Shown here: one piece after another, positions 12,526-25,048 of the stretch | Layout: every line of letters starts with the position of its first letter | Position numbering within the stretch: position 1 is the first letter of the stretch | Assembly: GCA_951406725.2 (NCBI GenBank) | Contig: OX597838.1 | Coordinates: 33,542,001-33,606,000 of the forward strand | Length of the DNA stretch: 64,000 bases | DNA from: Octopus vulgaris | Taxonomy: Eukaryota | Direction: 5' to 3' | Program-made: the position numbers and the translations under genes | The notes under the pieces: generated by a model | The model's database searches: none | What the model was told of the DNA's origin: nothing | What the model saw: only the letters and a program-made list of their open reading frames with translations

Positions 12526-13059
12526 GAGAGATATATATATTGTGTATTTCATACAGCATAACCAGGCCGTGTGTGTGTGTGGTGGTGGTGGTGGTGGTGG
12601 TGGTGGTGGTGAAGGTGCATGGTTCAGTGTTAAATGTATTCAGTCCATACGTTTGATTGCCAGTTGTGCATTGTGTCCTTGAGCAAGGTACTTTATTTCA
12701 CATTACTCCATTTCACTCTGCTCTCAAAAACGAGTCGTACCTGTAACGCAGTACGGGCCAGCCTCATCACACTTGGTGCATCACACTGAATCTCCCTCCG
12801 GATTATATCAAGGGTACACATGTCTGTGGAGTACTCAGCCACTTGCATGTTTTTTTTGTTTTTTTTTTTCACAAAGAAAGAGAAAGACTTTAATGTAGAA
12901 CATTGTTTCGAACTGTATTGCGCTGAACATTTGTTTTGATTGTCTTCGGACTGTGTTGTATCGTGCATGCCTTTGATTTTGTTGTTTTCTTTTTTCAATT
13001 CTGTTGCATGTTATTTTCTTTAATGTATCTGCTGTTTCACATTGTATTTGATGTTGTAA

Positions 13060-13448
13060 TCTTTATATATAAAAGTGAGGTTGTGTGCTGTCTGTCTCCT
13101 ACGATTTAGATTCCTAACTACTCCCACATTTTGCGGTGCAGTTTAACCAAAACCGGGTATCTTATAGTCGTGATTCATATCGAGCCCTTCTGGGTATTAG
13201 TCTACGATGAGTCTACAATTTTAAAAAAAATTTACCATCAATTTTTCCCATTTTTAATGCATTTTTGGCATATATAAGGGAAGTAACTCTCTAAAAATTT
13301 ATTATTAAATCTCAGAACGTAAAAAGCTACAGTACCCCCTTCCTTTGTGGTTAGCCATATTGAGATGGCTGTTATACTTTACACCTCTAAAAATGCTTAT
13401 ATAGTTATTTCCCTTACACACCCGAGCAACGCCAGGCGATACTGCTAG
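13060..13448 (+). mobile_element. Non-autonomous Helitron-like element
   Basis: A|TCTTTATATATAAAA start; GC-rich subterminal cccgagcaacgccaggcg; CTAG|T end; no TSD. Confidence 0.7.
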
Positions 13449-13833
13449 TGGTTGTATAAATTGTTGTTAAATGTAAGTGATTGCCTTCCGCCGTCTCTCT
13501 ATCTCTTCCTGCTGCTGTTGTTGTTGTTGTTATCTCCGGTTCGAGTTCGCTGCCGTCCCCCACCACCACCACCACCACCACCACCACCACCACCACCGTT
13601 TCCTCTCTCTGTGGCGGATTCCCGTTCGACTGGGCCGGTCAATCATCTTCGCTCGACTTTGTAGGGTTACCGGGTTCGGAGTTTGAGCGATTCGTCGTCA
13701 TAACCAGTGGAGTGCCCAGCCATGTGTGTGTGTGTGTGTCTAAACCTGATTATCCTTGATATTCGTCTCTTCCATATACCTTGTACACATCTGTCTCGCC
13801 CACCATTGAAATGTTCTCTATCCGTTCCTGCAG

Positions 13834-13959
13834 ACTCTGGAAGAATCTATGGGTTTCCTCATTGGTGACTGCCTCATCGGTGCTGCTTTTCTCTCCTATA
13901 TGGGGCCCTTCCTCTCTAACTACCGCGATGAACTAGTTTACAAAATATGGCTGAAAGAG
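13834..13959 (+). CDS. DNAH2: Dynein heavy chain exon f
   Basis: Hand-translated TLEESMGFLIGDCLIGAAFLSYMGPFLSNYRDELVYKIWLKE; cag| ... |gtaaga; absent from the ORF track. Confidence 0.95.
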
Positions 13960-14064
13960 GTAAGATTTACTGTCTTTTCTTTGTATAACGAACATAATTA
14001 AACACATTATCATTGTTTAATATCCCAGTTTTCCATGCTCACCCGGATTAGACAGATTTTGCTC

Positions 14065-14440
14065 AGGTGATTCTCCTAAGACGGGAGATAGTACTAGGCA
14101 GAAAGGCAATGGTCAGCATGAGCAGGGTCTGGAAGAGTAGAGACATCAGACTCGCTACCAAATGCAGATTGGTGAATGCAATTGTCTTCCCAATAGCAAC
14201 ATATGGATGCGAGACCTGGACACTAAAGAAAGCTGACCAGAAGAGAATTAATGCATTCGAGCTTTGGTGTTGGAGAAGACTTTTGCGGATTCCATGGACA
14301 GCAAGGCTCACCAATGGAGAAGTTCTTAAGCAGATAAGGCCGAAAATGTCGCTAGAAGCTGGGATCACCAAGTGTAGATTGGCATATTTCGGTCATATTA
14401 TGCAGAGAGAATCCCTGGAGAAGGACATCATGCTCGGAAT
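14065..14440 (+). mobile_element. RTE-clade LINE ORF fragment (region downstream of RT)
   Basis: ATKCRLVNAIVFPIATYGCETWTLKKADQKRINAFELWCWRRLLRIPWTAR...RLAYFGHIM. Confidence 0.9.
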
Positions 14441-14569
14441 GATGAATCAATCTTCAAATTATATCTTACACATGTCAGAGGTAATTGGCAATCAGCCGTG
14501 TACCATATCATGTAAACCTGTGATGCTAACAAGATTGCTGGGGGCTCCAGCATGGTCACAAAGAGCATT

Positions 14570-14840
14570 AGCTGCGGGGTCACTCTGAAAAGCTCTATCT
14601 GCGACGATTTCATCTCAATCGAAGGAGAGGGGCTTTCTCCGTCCGGGTTGCGGATCCGTGGAATAAGCTGCCGGATGAGATAGTGAAGATGCCGACGACC
14701 GCTCGGTTCAAAGTCTCCCTTGACCACAAGTGGCCTGAACTCTTTACATGAACACTACCCTGTACATAACTCCATGTCCCCCTACATGGCCTTGCTTTTT
14801 GCTTTTTGAGCCAAAAAATTAACTAACTAACTAACTAATG
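14570..14840 (+). mobile_element. CR1-like LINE 3' end
   Basis: Hand-translated RGHSEKLYLRRFHLNRRRGAFSVRVADPWNKLPDEIVKMP; (AACT)n tail. Confidence 0.7.
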
Positions 14841-15719
14841 GTCAAAACAAGTAAAAGATAAAAGGTTTTATTTTTAAAGAATTGCCTCATGGAGGCAATG
14901 ACAAGTGACTGAGATCTTTGGTAATAAGCTGTGCTTGAGAAGACCCAGAAAACCAAGAGAAATCAGGGCTGTGGCCATTGTTGGTGACACATAACTGGCA
15001 CTTGTGCCAGTGGCACATAAAAAGCACCTTTCGAGTGTTGGGCTTCGTGGAGGCAAAGTAGCTGATGCTGGTGTCACGCAACTAGCACCCGTGCCGGTGG
15101 CACATGAAAAATACATCCTTTCATGTGCTGGGCCTCATGGGAAGCAATGACAAATGACCAGAACCTTTGGCAATATGCTGAGCTTCAGAACAAGACCCAT
15201 CAAAGCCAGGTGGAATCGTAGTAGTCGTGGAAGATGCTGGTGTTGTGCAAACTGGCACCTGTGCCGGTGGCATGTAAAAGCAGCCATTACACTCTTGGAG
15301 TGGTTGGTGTTAAGAAGGACATCCAGCTGTATAAACCATGCCAAATCAGACTAGAGTCAGGTGCAGCCCCTCAGCTTACCAGCCCTGGCCAAATCGTCCA
15401 ACCCATGCCAGCATGGACAACGAACGTTAAATGAAGATGATGATGATGTATAAGAAGTGATACTAGTCATGTTACACTCGTACATGAAGGTGAAATTCAG
15501 GTCTCACATAGGAAATAACAATTTGCACTTACTGTACTAAATCACAGAACAAAACCTGATGATCACTGATTCCAAACTCACGTTTCATAATGGCACACAG
15601 CAGCTGTGCTTGGTGGAACATTCCCAACAGTCTGTGGAATTTTCCATTTGCTGCTTGTCATTCCAGTATTTAAAAAAACGTTTCAATTTTGGAATTTGGG
15701 ATTAAGGATTTTCAGCTTG

Positions 15720-15935
15720 TACAAAGGGGTACTGAAAAGTTCCTGGCTTTGGGTAAAAAAAAATACAGGAGGATCAGTTAATTATGGTTTTATCCGGCAT
15801 ATTCCCCTCTCAGATTCACATACTTACTGCAGTGGTCCTTCAGTTTTTGTAAGCCTTGTAAAAGAACTCAAAGGGGTTGAGTCTCTAACCAGGCCATTCA
15901 TGATACCCTTTAAACCAAGAACTTTTCAAAACCCA

Positions 15936-15941
<6 letters not shown>
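15720..15941. mobile_element. Tc1/mariner-like MITE; sister copies at 16255-16410 and 16697-16907
   Basis: Ends gtactgaaaagttcctgg / ccaagaacttttcaaaac; TA-flanked. Confidence 0.65.
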
Positions 15942-15974
<33 letters not shown>

Positions 15975-16952
15975 TCATCATCATCATCATCATTTAGCGT
16001 CCGTTTTCCATGCTAGCACGGGTTGGACGGTTCAACTGGGGTCTGAGAAGCCAGAAGGCTGCACCAGGCCCAGTCTGATCTGGCAATGTTTCTACGGCTG
16101 GATGCCCTTCCTAACGCCAACCACTCCGTGAGTGTAGTGGGTGCTTTTTACGTGCCAGACGGGGCTGGCAAACGGCCACGATCGGATGGTGCTTTTTACG
16201 TGCCACCAGCACGGGGGCCAGGTGAGGCTGGCAACGGCCATATATATATATACATACGATGGGGACCTGATAAGTTCCTGGCTTTTGGTAAAAGAAAATA
16301 CAGGAGGATCATCAGTTAATTATGATTTTATTCAAAATATTCTCTTTCAGATTTGCACACTTATTGCAGCAGTCCTTCAGATTTTCTAAGCCCTATAAAA
16401 AACTCAGATTTTTTTGCGGAGGGGTAAAAATGTTAACAAAAACAGGACAGTAACGACAGCACAAAATATAAACAGTAAAAGACAGGACAAGGACAATAAC
16501 AGTAACACAAACAAGAAGGGCTGTTAAGCCGAATGAGATAAAATTTTTTATGAATGCTATTTTTTGAGAACGGCGAGGGAGCAACAGATGTGCCGTCTCT
16601 ACTTGAAGGTAGCCAGGAGAAGAAAGACAGTAGTAGCCTTCTTATCACGTGACCGCAATGGGAGAGAGGAGGAGGAGTAAGAGAAAGGGAGAGTAGGTGT
16701 TGAAAAGTTCCTGGCTTTGGTTAAAAGAAAATACAGGAGGATCGGTTAATTATGATTTAATCAACCTGTTCCCCTCTCAGATTCACACACTTATTGCAAT
16801 GGTCCTTCAGTTTTCCTAAGTCCTGTAAAAGAACTGGGAAGGTTTGGCGTCCAACCAGGCTTTTCACGATACCCTTAAAGCCAGGAACTTTTCAGCACCC
16901 TTTTGTATTGACTTGCCTAATCTGAGATTAAATCTTGCTTCGTTTATTTCAG

Positions 16953-17168
16953 CTGAGAGGTTTAGGGATCCCTTGTGACCCCTGTTTCAGTTTCTGCGCT
17001 TTCTTAGTCAGACCAACTCTTGTTAGACAATGGAACATCCAGGGCCTCCCAAGCGATGCATTTTCTACTGAGAATGGAATCATTGTCACCAAGGGTAACC
17101 GCTGGCCATTAATGATCGATCCCCAAGGACAAGCCATTAAATGGATCAAACGAATGGAATCGAAAAAT
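16953..17168 (+). CDS. DNAH2: Dynein heavy chain exon g (AAA5)
   Basis: LRGLGIPC...VRQWNIQGLPSDAFSTENGIIVTKGNRWPLMIDPQGQAIKWIKRME; donor gtaaag. Confidence 0.96.
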
Positions 17169-17242
17169 GTAAAGTAGTTTCTTCAATTATTTGTTTGTCT
17201 GCATGTTATGGAAAATTTGAATTTACTATATAATTCTAACAC

Positions 17243-17650
17243 AGTTCTATATTTAAGAGATGAGGAATTATGTACATTATTTACATTCGACAGATATTTG
17301 TCCTCATATGGTGTGGTGGTTAAGAGCACGGGCTATTAACCCCAAGATTCCGAGTTCGATTCCAAGCAATGACCTGAACAATAATAATAATAATAATAAT
17401 AATTTTTTTTTTTTTTTTTTACTACCCACAAGGGGCTAAACATAGAGCGGACAAATGGGTTAAGTCAATTACATCGACTTAACCCCTTTAATAATAATAA
17501 TAACATCAAATAATACCCTAGGAATGAGAACCCAGGTTTGATATTTCCCCAAGACCCCTGATGAAGGCTGGAGAGTGTATCAGCTGAAACGTTGCGTTGA
17601 CGACAAACAAGATGAGGACAAATATCTGTCGAATGTAAATAATGTACACA
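17243..17650 (+). mobile_element. Penelope pLTR-derived element with inverted end (same family as 4865-5420)
   Basis: Perfect 37-bp inverted repeat 17271-17307/17612-17648; tRNA-like box; HHR; SINE fragment inserted at about 17400-17490. Confidence 0.7.
17553..17598 (+). ncRNA. Minimal Penelope-type hammerhead motif
   Basis: GACCC-CUGAUGA-A-GGCUG...CAGCU-GAAAC-GUU-GCGUU. Confidence 0.6.
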
Positions 17651-18188
17651 ATGCTAACAGTTTGTGTCTATGTTTATAAATGTGTGTGTTTGTGTGTAGT
17701 TATATGTATATGCCTGTGTATATGTATGTATATTTGTGTGTGTATATAGATGTGTATATGTGTGTATGTATATGTATGTATATATATATATGTGTGTATG
17801 CATATATGTATATATGTATGTATACATGGCCTGCTCGCTTAGCCAGGGGGGTGGCATCATTTGAAGGCTAAAACAATGCGAAGCGCATTGTGACCAGCGA
17901 TGTGTAACAACATCTGATGGCCTGGTCAGTCACGGTGATCACGGTGATATGTGTATACATACACATCATATCTCGTATGTGTGTGTATGTACATATACAT
18001 ATGCGCACATAATCATATGATATACATACACACACACATACAAACATTATATATATAATAATATATAATATTGTTATATTTCGGAATGGTCATTTTGCCA
18101 GTTTAGCCAATAAAATCACACGCACTATATATTTGGTGTTACTTTGCTTCAGTGTTATTTATTTTTTACATCAATAATTATATATAAT

Positions 18189-18572
18189 AGGCATAAGAGT
18201 GGCTGTGTGGTAAGTAGCTTGCTTATGAACCACATGGTTCCAAGTTCAGTCCCACTGCGTGGCACCTTGGGCAAGTGTCTTCTACTATAGCCTCGGGCTC
18301 ACAAAAGTCTTGTGAGTGGATTTGGTAGACGGAAACTGAAAGAAGCCCGTCGCATATATGTATATGTGTATCTTTGTGCGTCTGTGTCTCTTCCCTCAAC
18401 ATCGCTTGACAACCGATGCTAGTGTGTTTACCTCCCCGAAACTTAGCGGTTCGGCAAAAGAGACCGATAGAATAAGTACTAGGCTTACAAAGAATAAATC
18501 CTGGGGTCGATTTGCTCGACTAAAGGCGGTGCTCCAGCATGGCCACAGTCAAATGACTGAAACAAATAAAAG
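18189..18572 (+). mobile_element. SINE family A
   Basis: Full-length match. Confidence 0.85.
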
Positions 18573-18972
18573 GGTATATATATGCTTAAATAATATCAAA
18601 AATACCCAAAAATATATGTGACACTCATTACAGAAATACAGAGTAGTATTATTGCTTAAGCTCCCGTTAGTGTCACCGTCGTGGTGTTCATGCCATGTCT
18701 GAAGAAATGCCTGTCTTCGTGATATATGAAAATGAGAAATATTTGGGTAAATTCTACAATTTCTGATTCTTCCAAGGGGAATAACTCCTCATCGGAGACT
18801 GAGTAACTTCCCTTTGCTGTAATACATGGTGCGAGGCGTATTTGAGGACATTTAATTATCAGTTTGTTACTCACTTCAAACCAATTAAAAGGTTTATAAT
18901 TCCTTCAGATTTCCCACAGCAGATAAAAAAAACTAACGCAAGGAATAAAAGCACATGCCGTTATTATTGCCT

Positions 18973-19705
18973 GATGTGGCTGTGTGGTAAGAAGCTTTTT
19001 TTTCCCCAACCACATGGTTCTGGGTTCAGTCCTACTGTGTGACACCTTTGGCCAGCCAAAGCTTTGTGAGTGGATTTGGTAGACAGAAACTGAACATGTG
19101 TGTTTGTGTGTGTTCTCCTAGCCACCCACCCACCCACCCCAACAATCATCACTTGACAACCGGTGTCGTTCTGTTTATGTCCCTGTTGGAGGCGCAATGG
19201 CCCATTGGTTAGGGCAGCGGACTCGCGGTCATAGGGTCGCGGTTTCGATTCCTAGACTAGGCGTTGTGAGTGTTTATTGAGCGAAAACACCTAAAGCTCC
19301 ACAAGGCTCCGGCAGGGGATGGTGGTGATCCCTGCTGTACTCTTTCACCACAACTTTCTCTCACTCTTACTTCCTGTTTCTGTTGTACCTTGTATTTCAA
19401 AGGGCCGGCTTTGTCACTCTCTGTGTCATGCTGAATATCCCCGAGAACTACGTTAAGGGTACACGTGTCTGTGGAGTGCTCAGCCACTTACACGTTAATT
19501 TCACGAGCAGGCTGTTCCGTTGATTCGGATCAACTGGAACCCTCGTCGTCGTAACCGACTGAGTGCTTCCATGTCCCTGTAACTTAGCAGTTCAGAAAAG
19601 ACATGGATAGAATAAATCCTGGGGTTGAATTGTTCGACAAAAAACACTTCAAGGCAATGCTCCAGCATGGCCACAGTCAAATTGACTGAAACAAGTAAAA
19701 GAATA
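18973..19705 (+). mobile_element. Diverged SINE family A, split by a family C SINE
   Basis: Family A halves at 18973-19186 and 19571-19705. Confidence 0.75.
19187..19570 (+). mobile_element. tRNA-derived SINE family C with TSD
   Basis: GGAGGCGCAATGGCCCATTGGTTAGGGCAGCGGACTCGCGG...GGTTTCGATTCC; TSD ATGTCCCTGT at 19177 and 19571. Confidence 0.85.
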
Positions 19706-19843
19706 TAAACTATGTCTGTGTGACCAACATTTAAAGCAAAGAAAGATATCTTGTTTCAAAATGTTTTTGTAACTACTTAATATCAAAAATCCTTTCTTTC
19801 TTTCCTTTTTTATTTTTTTATTTATTTATTTTTTGTCTTGTAG

Positions 19844-19994
19844 GGATTAAAAATAATTGATCTCCAACAAAGTGACTTTATGCGCAATTTAGAAAAGTCA
19901 ATTCAGTATGGTTTACCTGTTCTCTTACAAAACGTCCAAGAATCTTTGGACCCATCTCTTGATCCTATCCTCTTTAAATCCGTCATAAAAATTG
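19844..19994 (+). CDS. DNAH2: Dynein heavy chain exon h (AAA5)
   Basis: Hand-translated GLKIIDLQQSDFMRNLEKSIQYGLPVLLQNVQESLDPSLDPILFKSVIKI; tag| ... |gtaagt. Confidence 0.95.
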
Positions 19995-20342
19995 GTAAGT
20001 GACTTTGTACTCTGCAGCCTGAACCTAATCCTAATCCTTACCCTAATTCTTATCTTAATCCTATGCATGGTCATATAGTTACGAAGTTAAATTGATTAAC
20101 AAAGTCAATTATGACATTGATGACATTCCTTATTCTCTTTATATTATAATTAATTAATTTTAACCCTTTAACTGAAAAATTAAATTTAATGGAGTGGTTG
20201 TATACTGTCAACTTAACGTGACAGTCCTGTAAGGGAATTACACCACCACTGTTTAGCCCTAGGAAGCATCGATGCTTCCTGTCGGCCTTGACACATTTCC
20301 TGTGTCCTTATATATTTACGAAGGGGAGACAAACACCCCCAA

Positions 20343-20423
20343 CAGCTAGGCCTGCAACTAGAGACACGCATGTTTCTGGGTCTTGCCCATCATCAGTCTA
20401 GAGTAGCAGAGGCCTGCTAGCTG
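20343..20423 (-). ncRNA. Type I hammerhead ribozyme with extended stem I
   Basis: Minus strand: CUAGA-CUGAUGA-UGGG(CAAGA)CCCA-GAAA-CAUGCGUG-UC-UCUAG; stem I extends through CUGC/GCAG, GGC/GCC and CAGCUAG/CUAGCUG. Confidence 0.8.
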
Positions 20424-20700
20424 AAGATATTTGTCTAGACTTCGCAAATGTATATATATATTTTCAGAGAAGTTTATTCACTGATCACCAAAATCAGAAA
20501 TATTAAATTTCTAAATATCTCATAGAGATACGTACGGTGGTGGGGCGATAGAGTGGTTGTATACAATGGTTATTCCATTAATGATGTTAAATATCTACCA
20601 AAAATGGAATTGGTATTTTCTGCAAATCACATTGCCTCAATAAACTTGACATGTCTCAATAGAAAAATAGTTTCAAATAAGTTTCAAAATAGTTTCATAT

Positions 20701-21110
20701 AAGGTGGCTAACTGGCAGAACCCTTAGCAAAATGCTAAGCGGTATTTCGTCTGCCATTACGTTCTGAGTTCAAATTCCGCCGAGGTTGACTTTGCTTTTC
20801 ATCCTTTCGGGGTCAATAAATTAAATACCAGTTACGCACTGGGGTCGGTGTAATCAACTTAATCCGTTTGTCTGTCCTTGTTTGTCCTCTCTGTGTTTAG
20901 CCCCTTGTGGGTAGTAAAGAAATAGGTATTTCGTCTGCCGTTACGTTCTGAGTTCAAATCCGCCGAGGTCAACTTTGCCTTTCATCCTTTCGGGGTTGAT
21001 AAATTAAATACCAGTTACACACTGGGGTTGATGTAACCGACTTAATCCGTGTGTCTGTCCTTGTTTGTCCCCTCCATGTTTAGCCCCTTTGTGGGCAATA
21101 AAGAAATAAG
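20701..21110 (+). mobile_element. SINE family B with tandem duplication of its body
   Basis: ggtatttcgtctgcc...aaagaaata occurs twice (20741 and 20925). Confidence 0.8.
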
Positions 21111-21946
21111 AAAAATAGTTTCAAATAAAACATTCCTCAACAAAAGATAGACTGGCTGCAGTCAAATGACTGAAAGAAGTAAAAGAAATAAAAGAAAGAA
21201 ATGTGAAATGGCAGCAACATATGACAAAGGAATGCTTTTATAGAGACCTGATGAAAATTAGGAAGAAGATCGGGCAGAGACATCTGCATGCACCGACCGG
21301 AAGTTACATCAAAAGCAAGACAGACAATCCAGTGATGAACCCTGCTTAAACAGTTGCCAAATCTTCTTTACTATCTTAAAAAGGAAGAGTTCATTGAACA
21401 ATGTTGTTGTGGATAGGCAAAAAAAAAATGGGATGGTCATGGCTGGAATGCTTTTTCTCATTAGTTTTCTCAATCAACGCACTACTCCTTTTGTAATCAC
21501 ATATTTTTAATGAAAAGAATTGAATTGAGCAGAAGTATGCAAAAGAGAGAGAGAGAGAGAGGAGAATAAAGATATTTTAACTCAAACAGTTGAATAAAGT
21601 GATAGCAAATATGTTGTAATGAATAAAGAGCTTTGTGATTGAAGCATGGGCTTGAATCTTCAATATTAAAAGAAACTTGAAAACCTCATTTTGATAAAAA
21701 TATATTACTATATTAATTTTCTACACATTTTAGACTTTAACAATTGCTTTCCTTTAGTAAAAGTTACATAATTCCAACTAATTAATAAGCAGCTTTCTTT
21801 ATTATACTAGAGATGTATCGGCTACCCCCACCACCACCATTTATTCAACACATCAGCTGACCACCTATCTTGCTTTATCCAATGTTAATTCACTCCAATC
21901 GGTCAGCTACCCACTCAGTTTCCTCTGTTGTTGTCTGTTCTTTTAG

Positions 21947-22096
21947 GTGACGTCCCGATGATAAAACTTGGTGATAAAGAAATTGAGTACAATTACAATT
22001 TTCGGTTTTACATAACCACAAAACTCAGCAACCCACACTACACCCCTGAAATATCAACCAAGACCACAATCGTAAATTTTGCTGTGAAAGAACAGG
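21947..22096 (+). CDS. DNAH2: Dynein heavy chain exon i (AAA5)
   Basis: DVPMIKLGDKEIEYNYNFRFYITTKLSNPHYTPEISTKTTIVNFAVKEQ; tag| ... |gtaagt; phase 1 to 1. Confidence 0.96.
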
Positions 22097-22147
22097 GTAA
22101 GTAAGCATACGCATACACACACCACACGCACGCACACACACACACTT

Positions 22148-22885
22148 ATCATCATTCATCATCATCATCATCGTTTAACGTCCGTTTTCCGTGCTAGCAC
22201 GGGTTGGACGGTTCGATTGGGGTCTGGGAAGCCAGGAGGCTGCACCTGGCTCCAGTCTGATCTGGCAGTGTTTCTACAGCTGGATGCCCTTCCTAGTGGA
22301 TGCTTTTTACATGCCACCAGCACAGGTGCCAGGGGAGGCTGGCAGCAGCCACAATCGGTTGGTGCTTTTTACGTGCCACCGGCACAGAAGCCAGTCAAGG
22401 CGGCGCTGGCATCGGCCACATTCGGATGGTGCTTTTTACGTGCCACCGGCACAGGTATCACAACTACTATTTCCATTTGATATTTATTTCGATGTTCATG
22501 TACTTGACTCAATAGATCTCCTCAAGCACAGCAGGTCGTTCTGCAATCCAAGGTACTTTGGATGGGCTGGGGCTATGCGAAACTGGTGCAGGAAGCAGCC
22601 CGGGTCTTTGCAATCACAGCATATCTCCAGAGATCCCTGTCCTTTGACATTGCCTCTGTGAGGCCCAACGCTCGGAGGTCATGCTTGACTACCTCATCCC
22701 ATGTCTTCCTGGGTCTACCTCTCTCCCTGATACCTTCAACTGTTTGAGAGCGGCACATCTTCACACATCTCTCCTCATCCATTCGCAGTACATGACCATA
22801 ACCATCGCAAGCGTCTCTCTTGCACACCACATCTGATGCTTCTTATGTCCAGCATTTCTCTCAGGGTGCTTACACTCACATACAT
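22148..22885 (-). mobile_element. RTE-like LINE 3' end: ORF tail, tandem-repeat 3'UTR and (GAT)n tail
   Basis: YGHVLRMDEERCVK...VEGIRERGRPRKTWDEVVKHDL...DRDLWR; the same 3'UTR occurs alone at 259-600, 15972-16240, 30053-30242, 38615-39136, 54523-54890 and 59357-59900. Confidence 0.85.
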
Positions 22886-23303
22886 TGTTGCCATTTGTAT
22901 ATAACTCCTTCCACCTCATCTTAAACATTTCATCATCTTTAGTAAGACCAACATTTTCTTTTGGGCTAAAATACACCGATGAGAGGAAGGGTGGCATCTT
23001 ACATCTGGATGTAAATAAGAACCTAAAATACACTACACAGGTTGGGTTGGGTTGGGTCGGGTCGGGTCGGGTTCTCTGTTGTTTACCAAATGACTGTGTT
23101 GAGACTCCATGAAAGAACCTCATCACAGCCACACAACCTCTCAAGAATCCCCCTCTTAAAAAGGAAGACCGCATTGGGTCACCATTATGGGTGCCTTTTA
23201 CATGGCACCCACAACAGTGACACATAAAAGGCACCTCTGACAGTGACATATAAAAGGCACCCGTGACAGTGATGCGTAGAAGGTACCCATGATGGTGACA
23301 TAT

Positions 23304-23538
23304 AAGGTGGCGAGCTGGCAGAAACGTTAGCACGTCGGGCGAAATGCTTAGCGATATTTCATCTGCCGCTACGTTCTGAGTTCAAATTCCGCCGAGGTCG
23401 ACTTTGCCTTTCATCCTTTTGGGGTCGATTAAATAAGTACAAGTTACGCACTGGGGGTCGATGTAATCGACTTAATCCGTATGTCTGTCCTTGTTTGTCC
23501 CCTCTGTGTGTAGCCCCTTGTGGGCAGTAAAGAAATAG
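23304..23538 (+). mobile_element. SINE family B inserted in an RTE 3'UTR
   Basis: Full-length match. Confidence 0.8.
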
Positions 23539-23916
23539 GTGCCCATGATGGTGAAATGTAAAAAAGCACCCAGTACACTCTGTGGAATGGTCGGCATTAG
23601 GAATGGCATCCTGCTATAGAAACCAGGCCAAATCAGACAATTGGAGTTTGGTACAGCTCTCCAGTTTACCAGTTCCAGTCAAACTATCCAACCCATGCCA
23701 GCAAGGAAAACAGATGCTAAATGATGATGATGATGATTATTATGTTTGAATCAAAGACAGGTTGGTTATGCCTGGAACCCCCTTTGATCATAGGTATTCT
23801 CAATCAGGGATGAACAATAACTTCCAGGTTTTTTTACCCCCTGCCCCCTGGCTTCCACCTCACGTGAAGTTGATTTATTTATTTGATGATGGTAATTGTA
23901 ATGTTCTTTCTTGCAG

Positions 23917-24049
23917 GTTTGGTTGCTCAGTTATTAGGAATCGTAGTCCGTAAAGAAAGACCAGAGCTGGAAGAACAGAAGGACTCCCTTGTACAGTCTA
24001 TTGCAGCGAATAAGAAGAAACTCGAAGAATGTGAAGATGAAATATTACG
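23917..24049 (+). CDS. DNAH2: Dynein heavy chain exon j
   Basis: GLVAQLLGIVVRKERPELEEQKDSLVQSIAANKKKLEECEDEILR; phase 1 to 2. Confidence 0.95.
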
Positions 24050-24231
24050 GTTATTGTTCACCAGACTTTCTCCATCTTTGAGTATTGTTTTTAACAGAAT
24101 TTCAACTGGGATCTATATGACCCCTGAAGGTCCATATAAGATTTGACGGGGGTGGGGGTGTCCATGCAACAAAATAGTAAATTGGTGATCTACAATAGTA
24201 TTTTAGGGGCCCCTGAAAAAATGTTGTTTTA

Positions 24232-25048
24232 GAGCGAGAATGGATGAGGATAGCTGTGTGAGAAAGTGCCACATCCTAGTGGTTGAGGGAACCTGTGGAA
24301 GAGGAGACCCAGGAAGACCCAGGATGAAGTGGTGAAGCACGACCTTTGAACTTTAGGCCTCACCAAGGAAATGACTAGTGACCGAGACCTTTGGAAATAT
24401 GCTGTGCTTGAGAAGATCCGGCAAGCCAAATGAGCCCGCTTGTGTGTACCTTTTCCTTCTTTGGACACTAAACTCTCCTTGCGAAGACCTGTTGAGGCAA
24501 GTGCAATCAAAATCAAAGTGAAATTCGATGACGGGCACGAGCATGATACGAGCGTGATCGTTGACAGAGCAGCTAACCGGCTTCCATGCCAGTGGCACAT
24601 AAAAGGCACCATTTGAGTGTGATCGTTGCCAGCTTCGCCTTACTGGCACTTGTGCCCTGTGCTAGTAGGGTGCCAAGAGCACCATCTGAGCGTGATCGTT
24701 GCCAGAGCGGCTAACTAGCTTCCGTGCCGGTGGCATGTAGGAGGCACCATTCGAGCAGGATCGTTACCAGCATCGCCTTACTGGCACCTGTGCCATTGGC
24801 ATGTGTGAATAAAAAAAAAATTTGAGCGAGGTCGTTGCCAGTACCACCTGACTGGCCCTCGTGCCGGTGGCACATAAAAGCACCCACTGCACTCTCGGAG
24901 TGGTTGGCGCTAGGAAGGGCATCCAGCTGTAGAAACTCTGCCAGATCAAACTGGAACCTGGTGCAGCCATCTGGTTCGCCAGCCCACAGTCAAACTGTCC
25001 AACCTATGCTAGCATGGAGAGCAGACGTTAAACGATGATGATGATGAT
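24232..25048 (+). mobile_element. RTE-like LINE 3' end
   Basis: Decayed RMDEDSCVRK...GRPRKT..EVVKHDL, then 3'UTR repeats and (GAT)n. Confidence 0.8.

Noticed and set aside
19188-19260. Possible tRNA genes (also 57686-57760 and 17308-17365)
   Set aside because: They are tRNA-derived heads running into SINE or pLTR bodies, with no complete acceptor stem.
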